Shown here in pieces: positions 8,986 through 17,522 of a stretch of DNA of 32,000 nt; positions within the stretch are counted from its first letter, which is position 1; each line of letters starts with the position of its first letter. Location: positions 90,001-122,000 of the forward strand of contig OZ252279.1 in NCBI GenBank assembly GCA_965250005.1, in the 5' to 3' direction. This DNA comes from Demequinaceae bacterium. GTDB taxonomy: Bacteria > Actinomycetota > Actinomycetes > Actinomycetales > Demequinaceae. Below the pieces are notes generated by a model, which ran no database searches, was not told the origin of the DNA, and saw nothing but the letters and a program-made list of their open reading frames with translations. The translations under genes and the position numbers were made by a program.

Positions 8986-9061
8986 GCGTTGCGCCGTCTT
9001 GGACCAGGTCTCTAAACGGGTTATGAGCTCAGGCTCTCATGTGTGGTGCGGTCCGTGCCGT

Positions 9062-9367
9062 TTACGAGACGTCCAGATCGAACGCCGCGAAGATGCCGCG
9101 CGCGAGTTCGCGCTCCTGGCTCGCGTCGAGGTAGCCGACCACCGGGCCGAGGGCGTCGCGCGCGATGGTGGCGACGTTGTCGAGCGAGATGACGGAGTCG
9201 TGGTCGAGCCCATTGCGTGCGCCTACCGGCACTTCCGTGGAGAGGCCGCGCACCGTGGATGTGATGGGAGCGACGGTGATGCGGGCGAGGAACGGGACTA
9301 CCTGGGCACGGGTGAGCACCACCACCGGGCGCGGCTTGTCGAGGCGGGCGGTGTGGATGGGGCGCAT
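9062..9367 (-). CDS. mazF: MazF/PemK-family mRNA-interferase-like toxin
   Basis: RPIHTARLDKPRPVVVLTRAQ...VPVGARNGLDHDSVISLDNVATI, a PemK-like pattern; overlaps the stop of an upstream RHH antitoxin (TGATG). Confidence 0.85.
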   Translation of the reverse strand: MRPIHTARLDKPRPVVVLTRAQVVPFLARITVAPITSTVRGLSTEVPVGARNGLDHDSVISLDNVATIARDALGPVVGYLDASQERELARGIFAAFDLDVS

Positions 9368-9609
9368 CAGTCGAGGTTCCGCCAGCCGTCTTGGGCTGCC
9401 GAGGTGAACGCGGTGAGGTCCTCGGGCTCGGTTGTGCCGCTCGCGGCATGGTAGATCGCGGCGTCGGCGAGCGCGACTTGGTGGCGCCGCTCGCGCATGA
9501 GTGCTTGCGCGACAACGGCTGCTCGGCTGCGGGCGTCGCCGGCGGTAACCTGCGCATCGGCAAAAGCGACGAGTTCGTCAGGGATCCGGACGGTGATCTG
9601 AGTGGACAT
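9367..9609 (-). CDS. Ribbon-helix-helix antitoxin of the MazF-like toxin
   Basis: MSTQITVRIPDELVAFADAQV...SRAAVVAQALMRERR. Internal ATG preferred over the 9678 ORF start because TATGCT lies exactly 6 nt upstream. Confidence 0.8.
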   Translation of the reverse strand: MSTQITVRIPDELVAFADAQVTAGDARSRAAVVAQALMRERRHQVALADAAIYHAASGTTEPEDLTAFTSAAQDGWRNLD

Positions 9610-10061
9610 GCCTTGAGCATACCGTGTAACATCCCAGATTGGTATGGCACTCGCGGCGGAAGGAATAGCGGCGGTCATGGGACGACGCTACGGCGCGCTG
9701 GCGCCGCGCGGGCGCTATCCACAGGCCGAGTCGCGGCGCGCCGAACGCGGACCCTGCGCTCGGACCCGACGTCAGTTGTCATGCCGTCGACGTTAGCGTT
9801 CTAGTCGCGAGCGCGCGGGGTCTGGGACTGAATCGTGACTTGTCCGGAACTTGGAGGTGTCTTGCGGCTAGGCCTCGCGCGGATCCGGACCGTGCTTGTT
9901 CGCGCCCTTGCGGCTGGGCTTTGCTCGCGCGCGTCGGCGTGAATGCTCAGTGCAGCGGCGCTACACCCAGCGCACAGAAACGCGCCCCTCGCGCCGCGAC
10001 CCCAACGGGCGCTAGCCTGGGCGCATACGCAACCACCCCGTCGTCAACTGAGGAGATATCC

Positions 10062-11924
10062 ATGGACAAGCCCACCCTGCTGCAGCGCTGGCGCTACTGG
10101 TTCGACAACTTCATGGGTAGGGGAACGGGCGCGATGCTCGCGTTCCTGGGCGCCATCACCGTTGCGTTCATCCTGGTCAATACTGCGATCGTGAAAGTGC
10201 TCAACCAGGGTGAAGGCGGAGAGACGGAAACGTGGGCCGAGATCCTGTGGAACAACACCGTGAGCGTGCTGCGGTCCAAGGATGTGGTGGAGGGCACCCC
10301 GTGGGCGTTCCGGTTCGCGATGCTCGCGATCACCATCATCGGCGTGCTCATTGTGGCGAACCTGATCGGAATCATGGCGGGCGCGTTCAATGCGAAGGTC
10401 AAGGCCCTCAACCGCGGGCGGTCAGCCGTAATCGAGCGCAACCACACGGCAATCATCGGCTGGAACTCCAAGATAATCCAGATAGTGACCGCGCTGTGCG
10501 AGGCGAACGAGTCCAAGGGCAAGTCTGTGATCGTCATCATGGCCGACCGCGACAAGGTCGAGATGGACGAGGCGATTCGCGAGAAGATCGCCGACCCGGG
10601 CCGCACCAAGATTATTGTGCGCAGCGGCGACCCTCTCGACCAGGACGACCTGCTGCGTGTGCGGCCGTTCCGCGCCAAATCTGTGATCGTGCTCGCGTCG
10701 GAGGAGTACCCCGATAGCGACGCACGCGTCATCAAAATCGCACTCGCGTTGTCCCGCCATCCCGAGCGCCCCGCCACCGAGCTCAACCTGGTGGGTCAGA
10801 TCGCCAACCCCAAGAACCTCAAGGTTGCCCAGCTCGCCGGCCCCGACAAGGCCCAATGGCTACTGGGCACGGAGAAGATCGGCCAGATCACCGCTCAAAC
10901 CAGCCACCAGCCCGGATTGAGCGCCGTCTACTCTGAGTTGCTCAGCTTCAAGGGTTCCGAAATCTACTTCTCCCCGCAGCCCACGCTCGCGGGCGTCACG
11001 TACGCCGAGGCGCAGCTGAAGTATGCCGAAAGCACCGTGATCGGCGTCTCCACGGGTGGGGACGTGCACCTCAACCCGGCGCCCAACACGCAGCTTGGCG
11101 CAGACGTCAACCTCATCGTGATTGCCGAGGACGACTCCAAGATCGCTGTTACCGAGCCGGGACAGCCAGACCGGCGCGTGTACTCCAAGGCGAAGAAGAG
11201 CGCTCCCAGGGCGCACAAGACGCTGATTCTGGGAGCGAACCTGACGCTGCCGCACGTGCTCCGTGCACTGGACGCGTATTCCGCCAAGGGTTCCACGGTC
11301 ACCATCGTCTCCGAGTTCGACGTGCCGCCCGTGGGCAAATTCGCCAACGCGTCGGTGAAGATAGTTGAGGGAGACGCATCCGACCGCGACACACTTGACC
11401 AACTCAAGCCGGCTACGTACGATCACGTGATCGTGCTCGCCTACTCCGAAGACTTGCCGGTGCGGCAGGCAGACACCCGCACGCTCGTGACGCTACTGCA
11501 CCTGCGCGACATCATGGAAACCACCGGAAAGAACTTCAACGTGGTGAGCGAGATGTTGGACGAGAAGAACCGCCGCCTGGCCGAGGTCACTAAGGTCAAC
11601 GACTTCATCGTCTCGGACCACCTCGTCAGCCTGATGGTCGCACAGGTCTCCGAAAGCCCGCGTATGGCCGCGGTCTTCGCAGACCTCTTCTCTGCGCAGG
11701 GCAGCGAGATATACGTTCGACCGGCAGACTGGTACGTCAAGACCGGCAGCACGGTTGACTTCTACACGGTCACTGGTGCTGCGTCTGAGCGCAATGAAAC
11801 GGCCATCGGTTACATGATCGCCGCGCATGACGGTGGCGAGCCGATCATCGCGGTCAGCCCTTCGAACGCCGCGAACGTCACATTCGGCATGGACGACAGG
11901 ATTATTGTCCTCGCGGAGGGCTAG
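10062..11924 (+). CDS. CASTOR/POLLUX (DMI1)-like ion channel with RCK/TrkA-N domains
   Basis: Two N-terminal TM segments, then HTAIIGWNSKIIQIVTAL...VIVIMADRDKVEMDEAIR and a second nucleotide-binding-like repeat (HKTLILGANLTLPHVLRALD). GAGGAG SD before ATG at 10062. Confidence 0.85.
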   Translation: MDKPTLLQRWRYWFDNFMGRGTGAMLAFLGAITVAFILVNTAIVKVLNQGEGGETETWAEILWNNTVSVLRSKDVVEGTPWAFRFAMLAITIIGVLIVANLIGIMAGAFNAKVKALNRGRSAVIERNHTAIIGWNSKIIQIVTALCEANESKGKSVIVIMADRDKVEMDEAIREKIADPGRTKIIVRSGDPLDQDDLLRVRPFRAKSVIVLASEEYPDSDARVIKIALALSRHPERPATELNLVGQIANPKNLKVAQLAGPDKAQWLLGTEKIGQITAQTSHQPGLSAVYSELLSFKGSEIYFSPQPTLAGVTYAEAQLKYAESTVIGVSTGGDVHLNPAPNTQLGADVNLIVIAEDDSKIAVTEPGQPDRRVYSKAKKSAPRAHKTLILGANLTLPHVLRALDAYSAKGSTVTIVSEFDVPPVGKFANASVKIVEGDASDRDTLDQLKPATYDHVIVLAYSEDLPVRQADTRTLVTLLHLRDIMETTGKNFNVVSEMLDEKNRRLAEVTKVNDFIVSDHLVSLMVAQVSESPRMAAVFADLFSAQGSEIYVRPADWYVKTGSTVDFYTVTGAASERNETAIGYMIAAHDGGEPIIAVSPSNAANVTFGMDDRIIVLAEG

Positions 11925-11974
11925 CGGCGACAGTAGCATTGGCGTCGGCCCGGTGCGCCCCGCGCCGACGGCCA

Positions 11975-13543
11975 CTAAGTGCTCTGAGCCGGCGGAGGAG
12001 GAGGAGGTGGCGGAGGTGGCTGGACGGCCGGAGTGGGCTGCGTGACTGGCGGAGCTAACGGAAACGGACGGCTCCGCGTGACCGCCGGACTGGGGACCGC
12101 CGGACTGGGGACCGCCGGACTGGGGACCGCCGGAGTAGGGGCCTCTGCGGTGACAGGCGCGGGTAGGCCAGGAAATGGCGCAGCCGGGGCGGGAACTGCC
12201 GGAGTCTCGACCGGGGGTTCCGCGACCACGTCGCCTTCAGTATTGGAGCGGTGTGTACCCCCGCGACGCGGGGGTTTCTTGGCCCGCTGGGCGACCGGTG
12301 TGTCCTTGAACACGGGCTGCCAGAACGCCTCCGCGCCGGGACGAATTGAAGCCCCCTCGGGCTCGGCGAGCCCAAGCAAAGCGCGCGCGCTCCGCGAGTG
12401 GGGGTCGGCCTTGAACCAGCCGCGAGCCTTCGCCCACAGCATGCCAAAAACTAGCATCCCGATGAACGTGGTCGCGCCAACCGAAAGGAACACGGTGGGC
12501 GCCCCTGCAAACACCATTGCGGTCCACGAGGCGAGTCCCGCCACAAGGCCGACCGCGCCCGCAAACGCGTAGGCGGGCGCCCAGCGGCCTTCGCCGGGGG
12601 AGTGCACCCTTGCCAGCGAGTTGAGGATCAGGGCTGAGGCGATCACCGCTACGGTCACGGCGAGGATGACTGTGGTGCCGCTGGATGCATCTTCGTATGA
12701 GCGGGTGAGGCTCAGCGGCACGAGCAGAGCGAGGGCTGAGAATCCTAGGATCGCGCCTGGGATTCCAAAGACGTAGCGCCAGGGCTTGCGAGGATCGGGC
12801 CGGCGGCTCGATTCGCTGACGAGCACCATTGCGATCAACGCTGCGATTAGGCCAAGTACCACTGGAGCAGGCACGGCGAAGATCGCTGCCCGTGGCTGTA
12901 TCGTGTCCGATAGTTCGACCACAGCGATGTCTTCACAGCAGCTAGCCCCAAGGAAGCCTTCGCGGGTCCAAGCGCCCGCCTCCCTTCGCGTCGCGAATCC
13001 GTCGCGCCCGTTGGCGGCGACCACCGTGTATCCTTCCGCGTCGCCAATGACCGCGACGCCGCGGGTTGCAAGATCGGAGGGGATTCCCGTCAGGTGCGGC
13101 AGGGCGGCCTCGAGTTGGTCGCGCTGAGTGTCCGGGACCTCCCACTCGATCGTCCACGTCGCGCCGGCATCGTCGCTACGTTCCACCGCCAGGCGGTCGC
13201 GCACGGCACGGAAGCACGTGTTTGGGGCGCCGTCGACGCATTCCATGCGATGAAGGTTGGCGGTAGCCACCGTGGGAAGTCCCGCCTTGATGCCGTCCGA
13301 CCCAAGAACAAAGGACCATCGGCTCAAGTTACCGGAGCCGATCCAGCCCGCTGGGGCGAACCCGTCGTCGGCGAGTTGTCCGATGTAGAGAACGTTGTCT
13401 ACCGTCGCGGCGCCAAAAGCGCTTGGCTGATCAGGGGAGGTGCCCGCAGCGGTCAACAATACGGCGGCTGACGTGATTGCGGCCGTTTGCGCAGCCATCT
13501 TGCCCACGCGGCGCGCGTTGTCGCGCGCTTCCCTCAAATTCAT
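11975..13543 (-). CDS. Secreted/membrane protein with proline-rich cytoplasmic tail
   Basis: 522 aa; signal/TM N-term, about five TM segments mid-protein, C-term PAVPSPAVPSPAVP...PPPPPPPPPAQST. GGAGGA SD upstream. Confidence 0.75.
   Translation of the reverse strand: MNLREARDNARRVGKMAAQTAAITSAAVLLTAAGTSPDQPSAFGAATVDNVLYIGQLADDGFAPAGWIGSGNLSRWSFVLGSDGIKAGLPTVATANLHRMECVDGAPNTCFRAVRDRLAVERSDDAGATWTIEWEVPDTQRDQLEAALPHLTGIPSDLATRGVAVIGDAEGYTVVAANGRDGFATRREAGAWTREGFLGASCCEDIAVVELSDTIQPRAAIFAVPAPVVLGLIAALIAMVLVSESSRRPDPRKPWRYVFGIPGAILGFSALALLVPLSLTRSYEDASSGTTVILAVTVAVIASALILNSLARVHSPGEGRWAPAYAFAGAVGLVAGLASWTAMVFAGAPTVFLSVGATTFIGMLVFGMLWAKARGWFKADPHSRSARALLGLAEPEGASIRPGAEAFWQPVFKDTPVAQRAKKPPRRGGTHRSNTEGDVVAEPPVETPAVPAPAAPFPGLPAPVTAEAPTPAVPSPAVPSPAVPSPAVTRSRPFPLAPPVTQPTPAVQPPPPPPPPPPAQST
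12081..12140 (-). repeat. Near-perfect 15-bp tandem repeat (unit accgccggactgggg on +), about 4 copies, encoding PSPAV repeats
   Basis: Units at 12081, 12096, 12111 and a diverged one at 12126. Confidence 0.85.
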
Positions 13544-13715
13544 CGCTTCCTCCGGTCATGAGAGTACGCGTTGGCACGTGCAATCGCACAACGAGACGCG
13601 CGCGCAGGCGTGGGAGATTGTGATTCCCGTAGGGGAGGCTGTGCAAATGGCGGGGCGACACCCACCTTGTCATCGCCGCATGCCCGCGCGCTCGGGCGTA
13701 TCAAAGCCAAGGACT

Positions 13716-14678
13716 TCAGTCGCGGCCGACCGTCGATACCGGCATCGCCGCTCCCAGCATCGCGGCGCCAACGGCGGCCACGGGGACGTGCGCTTCGAGC
13801 CAGACAACGCGGCTCGGCAGGTCAAGGGACGCGATGAAGTCGCCTTCCCGCTTGCTGCTCTCTAGGTATTGCTCCACGCCTAGGCGGAGTTCGTCGCGCA
13901 TTTTGACTAATCCTCCCCCGATGATCACGGCGTCCACGTCTAGCGTGAGGACGAGGATCCGCACGGCCTGGGCAACCCCCCAGCGCAGCCCCTCGCGGAT
14001 GGCTTGCGCGCGAGTGTCCCCGGCGAACGCCTCGAGCATGATCTGATCGGCCGCCTCGGGCCCGTGCCACTGGTAAGCAATGCCACCGCCGGACGCATAG
14101 GTTTCGAGTCGCCCGCGTACGCCGTCGCGGTCTTTGGGTCCGTTGGGATCCACCACGACATAGCCGATTTCCCCGGCGGCGCCGCGTGAACCGCTCCAGA
14201 GTTTCCCGTCGAACACGACGCCGGAGGCAAGGCCGGTGCCTACATTGAGGAATGCGATGGACTTCGCCTCGCCGCGCGCGAGCGTCCACGCACCGAGGGT
14301 CGCGGCATTGACGTCGTTGGCGACGACGGGGCGAACGCCCCACGACTTGGCAAGCTCGCCGGCTAGATCCACCTCCGTGATGCCGAGGTTGACGGCATGG
14401 GACAGGCGCCCCTTGTGGACGCGCCCTGGGGCGCCGATGCCCACGGTGAGCGCGCCGACTCCCGCGACTGCGGCCAAGTCCGCGAGTGGCGAGCCCGCGG
14501 AGTCCTGCAGTCCCTTGACGGTCTCGATGACGGATTTCAGAAGCGCCTCGTTGCCCTGGCCCGCGGGAAGCGTATGCCGGTGAAGAACGGCGCCGTCGGG
14601 CTCGACCGCAACCGCGTCGATCTTGGTGCCGCCGATGTCGATGCCGATTTGTACGCCGCCGTGTGCCGCTACGCTCAT
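13716..14678 (-). CDS. ROK-family sugar kinase (glucokinase/N-acetylglucosamine-kinase-like)
   Basis: IGIDIGGTKIDAVAVEPDG (phosphate-binding), GIGAPGRV, NDVNAATLGAW, GTGLASGVVFDGKLWSGSRGAAGEIGY. Confidence 0.9.
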   Translation of the reverse strand: MSVAAHGGVQIGIDIGGTKIDAVAVEPDGAVLHRHTLPAGQGNEALLKSVIETVKGLQDSAGSPLADLAAVAGVGALTVGIGAPGRVHKGRLSHAVNLGITEVDLAGELAKSWGVRPVVANDVNAATLGAWTLARGEAKSIAFLNVGTGLASGVVFDGKLWSGSRGAAGEIGYVVVDPNGPKDRDGVRGRLETYASGGGIAYQWHGPEAADQIMLEAFAGDTRAQAIREGLRWGVAQAVRILVLTLDVDAVIIGGGLVKMRDELRLGVEQYLESSKREGDFIASLDLPSRVVWLEAHVPVAAVGAAMLGAAMPVSTVGRD

Positions 14679-14683
14679 CGAAG

Positions 14684-16165
14684 TCATTCCACCAGTTCTC
14701 GGAGGGCCTCGCACACCAGGCGGGACGACCCAAAGGTCGCGACGTCAACGCCTTCGAAGTCCGATTTGGGCCAGCCCATGTCCACCACCAGGAGAACGCT
14801 CGCGTGCTGGTGCAGCGCTCGGATGGCGGCGCCAGCCCACGCGTGCTGGTGCAGGTTCTTGCCCACGACGATCACTTTGGCGCCCTCGGTGACCGCCGCT
14901 AGTGGGTTGTCATCGGGACCTACGCTGACGGCGTGCTCAATGCCACCGCCGATCGGCTGCCACGGGGACACGCCCGCGGCGATGTCGCCCTCGCTCGCAA
15001 GTCGGATCCACTCGGCGTTGCCGTTTGTATTGCCGCCGCCGCTCAGCCCGTCCGTCTTCCCACCGTTGCGCGACAGGAAGTCGTGCCCGTGCGCGCTGAT
15101 ATGGAATACCTTGCGGACGCGCGCAGTATCGAGACCGGGGACGCGCCCGGGAGTAAACGATGCGGGCGGGCCGGCACCTTCGCGCCCGGCGCGCAGTTGG
15201 GCGCCCAAGGCATGTACGCGCGCGCCCGCGTCCTCGAGCTGCGACATCGCGAGTATTCCGGCTGCCGCCGCACGCTTGATGCCTAGAACGATCTTCCCGA
15301 TCTGCTCGTCATTGTTGTTCGTGCCGATGCACAGCAGGTCACAGCCTCCCGCCAACGCGCGCCCGGCTGCGGCGGGGATCCCGATTTCACCGCTCGCGCC
15401 GACCATGTCGAGTGCGTCGGAGACCGCGACGCCGGTGAACCCGAGCTCGTCGCGCAAGAGGCGGCCGAGGATGTCAGGAGAGAAGGTGGCCGGCTGCTTG
15501 GGATCTAACACCTGGAACAGGATGTGCGACGTCATGATGGTTTTCACGCCCGCGCGGATCGCGGCCGCGAATGGCACGAGCTCGCGATGCCGCACCTGGG
15601 TCTCATCGGCGTCGATCGAGGGAAGTGAGAGGTGCGAGTCCTGGCTGGTGTCGCCGTGGCCGGGGAAGTGCTTGGCGCAGCCCGCGACACCCGTGGATTG
15701 GACGCCGCGAACCCAAGCCGCCACATGGTCGGCAACGGGTCCGGGTTCTGCTCCAAAGCTGCGGACGCCAATGACGGGGTTGTTCGGGTTTGAGTTCACA
15801 TCGGCGACCGGGGCGAATGTGAGCCCGATTCCCACCGCGCGCATTTCCCAGCCCACTTGCGCGCCCACGCGCTCGGTGAGGTCGAGGTCTCCCAGGCGGC
15901 CCAGCACCGCGGCCCCGGGGAATGGTGCGCCTACGTGCAAATAGAGGCGAGTGACGTCGCCGCCCTCCTCGTCGATTGCGATCACGGCGTCCGGGTTGGC
16001 GGCATAGATTTGGTCGCAGAGCGCGCGGATTTGCTCGACTGACTTGACGTTTTCGCGGAATAGGCAGATGCCGCCCAGGCCGTCGCGCAAGCGCGCTGCT
16101 AACCAGTCGGGAAGTTCGTTGCCCACGAACCCCGGCATGAGGGTCGCGAGAACGGCGCGGCTCAA
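14684..16165 (-). CDS. Glycoside hydrolase family 3 beta-N-acetylhexosaminidase (NagZ-like)
   Basis: GGICLFREN, AIDEEGGDVTRL, GIGLTFAPVADVNSNPNNPVIGVRSFG, CAKHFPGHGDTSQDSHLSLP, VAVSDALDM. Start uncertain: TTG at 16165 has GAGG 5 nt upstream; the ORF is open to ATG 16234. Confidence 0.88.
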   Translation of the reverse strand: MSRAVLATLMPGFVGNELPDWLAARLRDGLGGICLFRENVKSVEQIRALCDQIYAANPDAVIAIDEEGGDVTRLYLHVGAPFPGAAVLGRLGDLDLTERVGAQVGWEMRAVGIGLTFAPVADVNSNPNNPVIGVRSFGAEPGPVADHVAAWVRGVQSTGVAGCAKHFPGHGDTSQDSHLSLPSIDADETQVRHRELVPFAAAIRAGVKTIMTSHILFQVLDPKQPATFSPDILGRLLRDELGFTGVAVSDALDMVGASGEIGIPAAAGRALAGGCDLLCIGTNNNDEQIGKIVLGIKRAAAAGILAMSQLEDAGARVHALGAQLRAGREGAGPPASFTPGRVPGLDTARVRKVFHISAHGHDFLSRNGGKTDGLSGGGNTNGNAEWIRLASEGDIAAGVSPWQPIGGGIEHAVSVGPDDNPLAAVTEGAKVIVVGKNLHQHAWAGAAIRALHQHASVLLVVDMGWPKSDFEGVDVATFGSSRLVCEALRELVE

Positions 16166-16356
16166 AGCGGCCTCACAGTGGTGGGAGCAGTCGCCGCCCA
16201 GTCGAGCGCGTTCGTGCCCACGAGCCATGGCCACGTCCGGCGGGCCCGACGATGGCGGGACGCGGCGGCAGGCGTGTCAAAGGCCGCGCTGGATGTATTC
16301 ACATTTCTCAACGTAGCACCGCCACGCGGGCCGCCCAACGGAGGTACGTTCGAGTC

Positions 16357-16944
16357 ATGACAATTCGACCGGGAACCCACGCGGATGCCGACGCGATCGA
16401 GCGCATCTGCCTGGTCACGGGACGCGTCGGCCAGGACGCCACCGGCGCCTACGGTGATGACGCCGTCCTGTCAGATGTGTACGCCACCCCTTACCTGTTC
16501 GGGCCATCCAGCTTCTGCCTGGTGTGGGAAGACAACGGCAAGGTGCTGGGCTACGTGCTCGGGGCATCGGACACGCGCGAGTTTCAGAAGTGGTTCGTTG
16601 AGGAGTGGTGGCCCGGCGCAGGCGCGTCGCGCGAGCCCCGCACGGATATGGACCGCGACCTGTTCAAAGCGGCGGCGAATCCCACGCGAATGCTTGTGGA
16701 TGAGGTCGACCGATACCCCGCACACCTTCACATTGATCTCTTGCCCGAGGCGCAGGGCAAGGGTGCCGGCCGCGCGCTGATCGAGGCGTGCGTTGAGCTT
16801 CAGCGCGACCGCGGGATTCCGGGCCTGCACTTGGTTGCAGAGAACGCGAACGAGGTGGCGCGGGCGTTCTATCCGCGCGTGGGGTTCGAGGCGCTTCGCA
16901 CGTTCAGTGGCGTCACGCTTTTCGCGCGGACCATCGAGGTCTAG
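16357..16944 (+). CDS. GNAT-family N-acetyltransferase
   Basis: TIRPGTHADADAIERICLVTG...LHIDLLPEAQGKGAGRALIEACV...ARAFYPRVGFEALRTF. TACGTT 6 nt before ATG. Confidence 0.88.
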   Translation: MTIRPGTHADADAIERICLVTGRVGQDATGAYGDDAVLSDVYATPYLFGPSSFCLVWEDNGKVLGYVLGASDTREFQKWFVEEWWPGAGASREPRTDMDRDLFKAAANPTRMLVDEVDRYPAHLHIDLLPEAQGKGAGRALIEACVELQRDRGIPGLHLVAENANEVARAFYPRVGFEALRTFSGVTLFARTIEV

Positions 16945-17009
16945 AGCAAACCCGGTTGGAGTTCTTGCGGCTACATCCGTGATCCCGGTCGCCAACGTAG
17001 GCTCGCAGC

Positions 17010-17522
17010 ATGACCGTTGCCCCTGGACCTGACGCAGTTGGCGGCCAAGAAGCGACCACGCCCGCCCTCGACTCCCTCGCGCTGCTAGGCATCGCTCACA
17101 CTGTTCATCGCCACGGACGGGTCGACTCGCTCGAGGAGGCTGCGGCTGCGCGCGGGCTCGTGCCGCGCCAGGTGCTCAAAACCCTCGTGGTCCGCCGCGG
17201 CGACGACGATTTCCTGTTCGTGCTCGTCCCCGGCGACCGCCAAATATCTTGGCCCAAATTGCGCGCGGTCCTGGGCGTGAGTCGCCTGTCGATGCCGAGC
17301 ACCGACGTGGCGTTCGAAGTGACCGGCTACGTCCGCGGCACCATCACACCTTTCGGCGCGTCCACGGCCTGGCCCGTCTACGCCGACGCGCTGGTGGTCT
17401 CGCGAAATGAACAGGTGAGCATCGGCGGGGGAGCACATGGGGTTTCCGCGACGGTTGGGCCTGACGAACTGGTCGCGGCCCTGGGCGCAAAAACTGCCGA
17501 CGTGACGGAGCCGTTGGGCTAA
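17010..17522 (+). CDS. YbaK/EbsC-type aminoacyl-tRNA deacylase-like protein
   Basis: ARGLVPRQVLKTLVVRRGDDDFLFVLVPGDRQISWPKL...GYVRGTITPFGA, a YbaK/ProX pattern. TAGGCT 6 nt before ATG. Confidence 0.85.
   Translation: MTVAPGPDAVGGQEATTPALDSLALLGIAHTVHRHGRVDSLEEAAAARGLVPRQVLKTLVVRRGDDDFLFVLVPGDRQISWPKLRAVLGVSRLSMPSTDVAFEVTGYVRGTITPFGASTAWPVYADALVVSRNEQVSIGGGAHGVSATVGPDELVAALGAKTADVTEPLG

Noticed and set aside
9840-10061. N-terminal 74 codons of the 9840-11924 ORF as part of the channel
   Set aside because: Low-complexity frame content without homology. A good SD (gaggag) and conserved protein start point to ATG 10062.
13822-15944. Large overlapping ORFs (308 aa minus, 515 aa plus) over the ROK and GH3 genes
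   Set aside because: Arg-rich or Ser/Pro-rich translations with no domain signal, overlapping well-supported ROK and GH3 genes.
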